A stretch of 63,991 bases of DNA, counting the filler, from Olpidium bornovanus S191 (Eukaryota; Fungi; Olpidiomycota): NCBI GenBank assembly GCA_017911155.1. It is 32 parts of 32 records of this genome, joined end to end, with 100 filler letters (N's around TTAATTAATTAA, not from the genome) between each part and the next. Parts side by side here need not be neighbours in the genome. Positions count along the whole stretch, not along the records: positions 62,691 to 63,991 come from JAEFCI010007865.1; 31 more parts are not named here. The stretch is one strand, 5' to 3'. Shown piece by piece: positions 63,103 through 63,991 of the stretch (its first letter is position 1; every line of letters begins with the position of its first letter). Both the position numbers and the translations under genes were made by a program. The notes beneath the pieces were generated by a model. It had not been told where the DNA came from. It searched no databases and saw nothing but the letters and a program-made list of their open reading frames with translations.

Positions 63103-63589
63103 TCACCGGGACGGCACGGGCGCGGGCCCCGCCGGGTCGCTCGCGACGCACTCGTCGACCTCCAAAGTGTAGTCGAAGAGCGCAGCGTCGAACCGCTCCC
63201 TGACCTCTTCCGGCGCAAAGTGCGCGATAGTGGTGCTGCCGAGCTCGTCGCACTTCCGCTTGGCCTCCCGCACGAGCGCCGGCAGCGTTCTCCGCAGCCG
63301 GACCGCCGCCCGGTGCCACACGGTATCATGGCGGTTGTACCGGATGGCGTTGCTGAACACCAGCTCCGCGTCGCTCGCGAATGCGTCCACGGAGTCGTAG
63401 TGCAGCTCCTGGATCCGCCGGTGCATGGTGGAGAAGTCCATCGGCGTCTCGATGACGTCCAGGTAGTCCGGCGCGTCCGCCGTCGAGACCGGCTCGGCGA
63501 AGTAGTTTTGTGTGTCCGACCTGATCAGGCAACCGGGAGCACGAGGAAACGTGAAAGAGTCCGGGGAAGAAGTGTGCGTGTGTGTGTGT

Positions 63590-63621
<32 letters not shown>

Positions 63622-63991
63622 GGGGGGGGGGGGGGGGAAGAGGGTGGGTGGATGATGTGTGGGAACGGTTCGTGAGAAAAACCAAAAGTTCGGGTCCTCA
63701 GGGTGGGATCGGGATGGCGATGCGCGACTCCGCAGGAAAGGAAAAACGCCAGGTTCCTGCCACAAGAATGCCTTACTTCTTTAAATGGTCGAGCATCTCC
63801 ATAAGAATTCTGCCGATGGGGTAGAACAGCTCCTCCACATACATCTTCATCACGCGGGTCCGTTCCAGCTTTGCCCTCTCCCTCTTCCGCAGCAGCTCCG
63901 CCAGCGTTCTCTGCCGCTCAAGGTTCCTTCTCAGGGCGATCACAGCCTGGTAGCAGCCGTCGAAAGGCCGTCAAACGCGTTGTCCGACATG
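63103..63991 (-). CDS. BRPF1/Peregrin/Nto1-like bromodomain protein, internal fragment
   Basis: LRRNLERQRTLAELLRKRERAKLER...MEMLDHLKK|SDTQNYFAEPVSTADAPDYLDVIETPMDFSTM...VFSNAIRYNRHDTVWHRAAVRLR, i.e. the EPL coiled segment followed by a bromodomain as in BRPF. Confidence 0.85.

Overview
This window is not contiguous genomic DNA. It is 32 short contigs (about 1.0-3.5 kb) joined by 31 artificial 100-nt linkers (N44-TTAATTAATTAA-N44, stops in all six frames), so adjacency across linkers means nothing. The contigs come from an intron-rich, GC-rich fungus. Fungal markers are Opi1, Rrn5, Cgr1, VCX1, sphingolipid C9-methyltransferase and a fungal-type LAMMER N-terminus. An SRSF10-like gene with a U12-like intron and a RAD51AP1-like gene suggest an early-diverging, non-Dikarya lineage. 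A low-input assembly such as that of Olpidium is plausible but is inference only. About 20 genes or gene fragments were reconstructed by hand across introns: POL12, class-I GATase, VCX1, GALE, ATP1, C9-MT, SRSF10-like, CGR1, FKBP12, XRCC2, OPI1, RRN5, TTI1, LAMMER kinase N-terminus, haspin, RPAP1, RAD51AP1-like, an RGS sorting-nexin-like protein and a BRPF-like bromodomain protein, plus Ty3/Gypsy and pogo remnants. No rRNA, tRNA or CRISPR array was recognised. Main leads: (1) a complete 7-exon gene with motifs collinear with animal RAD51AP1; (2) a U12-like intron at the position of the vertebrate SRSF10 minor intron; (3) a three-copy dispersed element with paired CCAAT boxes; (4) a miniature LTR-element core with PBS and PPT only about 380 bp apart; (5) a 327-nt FKBP12 CDS split into 9 exons including 3-, 8- and 16-nt exons; (6) strong enrichment of CATG at contig ends. 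Family calls rest on motif recognition from memory, not database searches.
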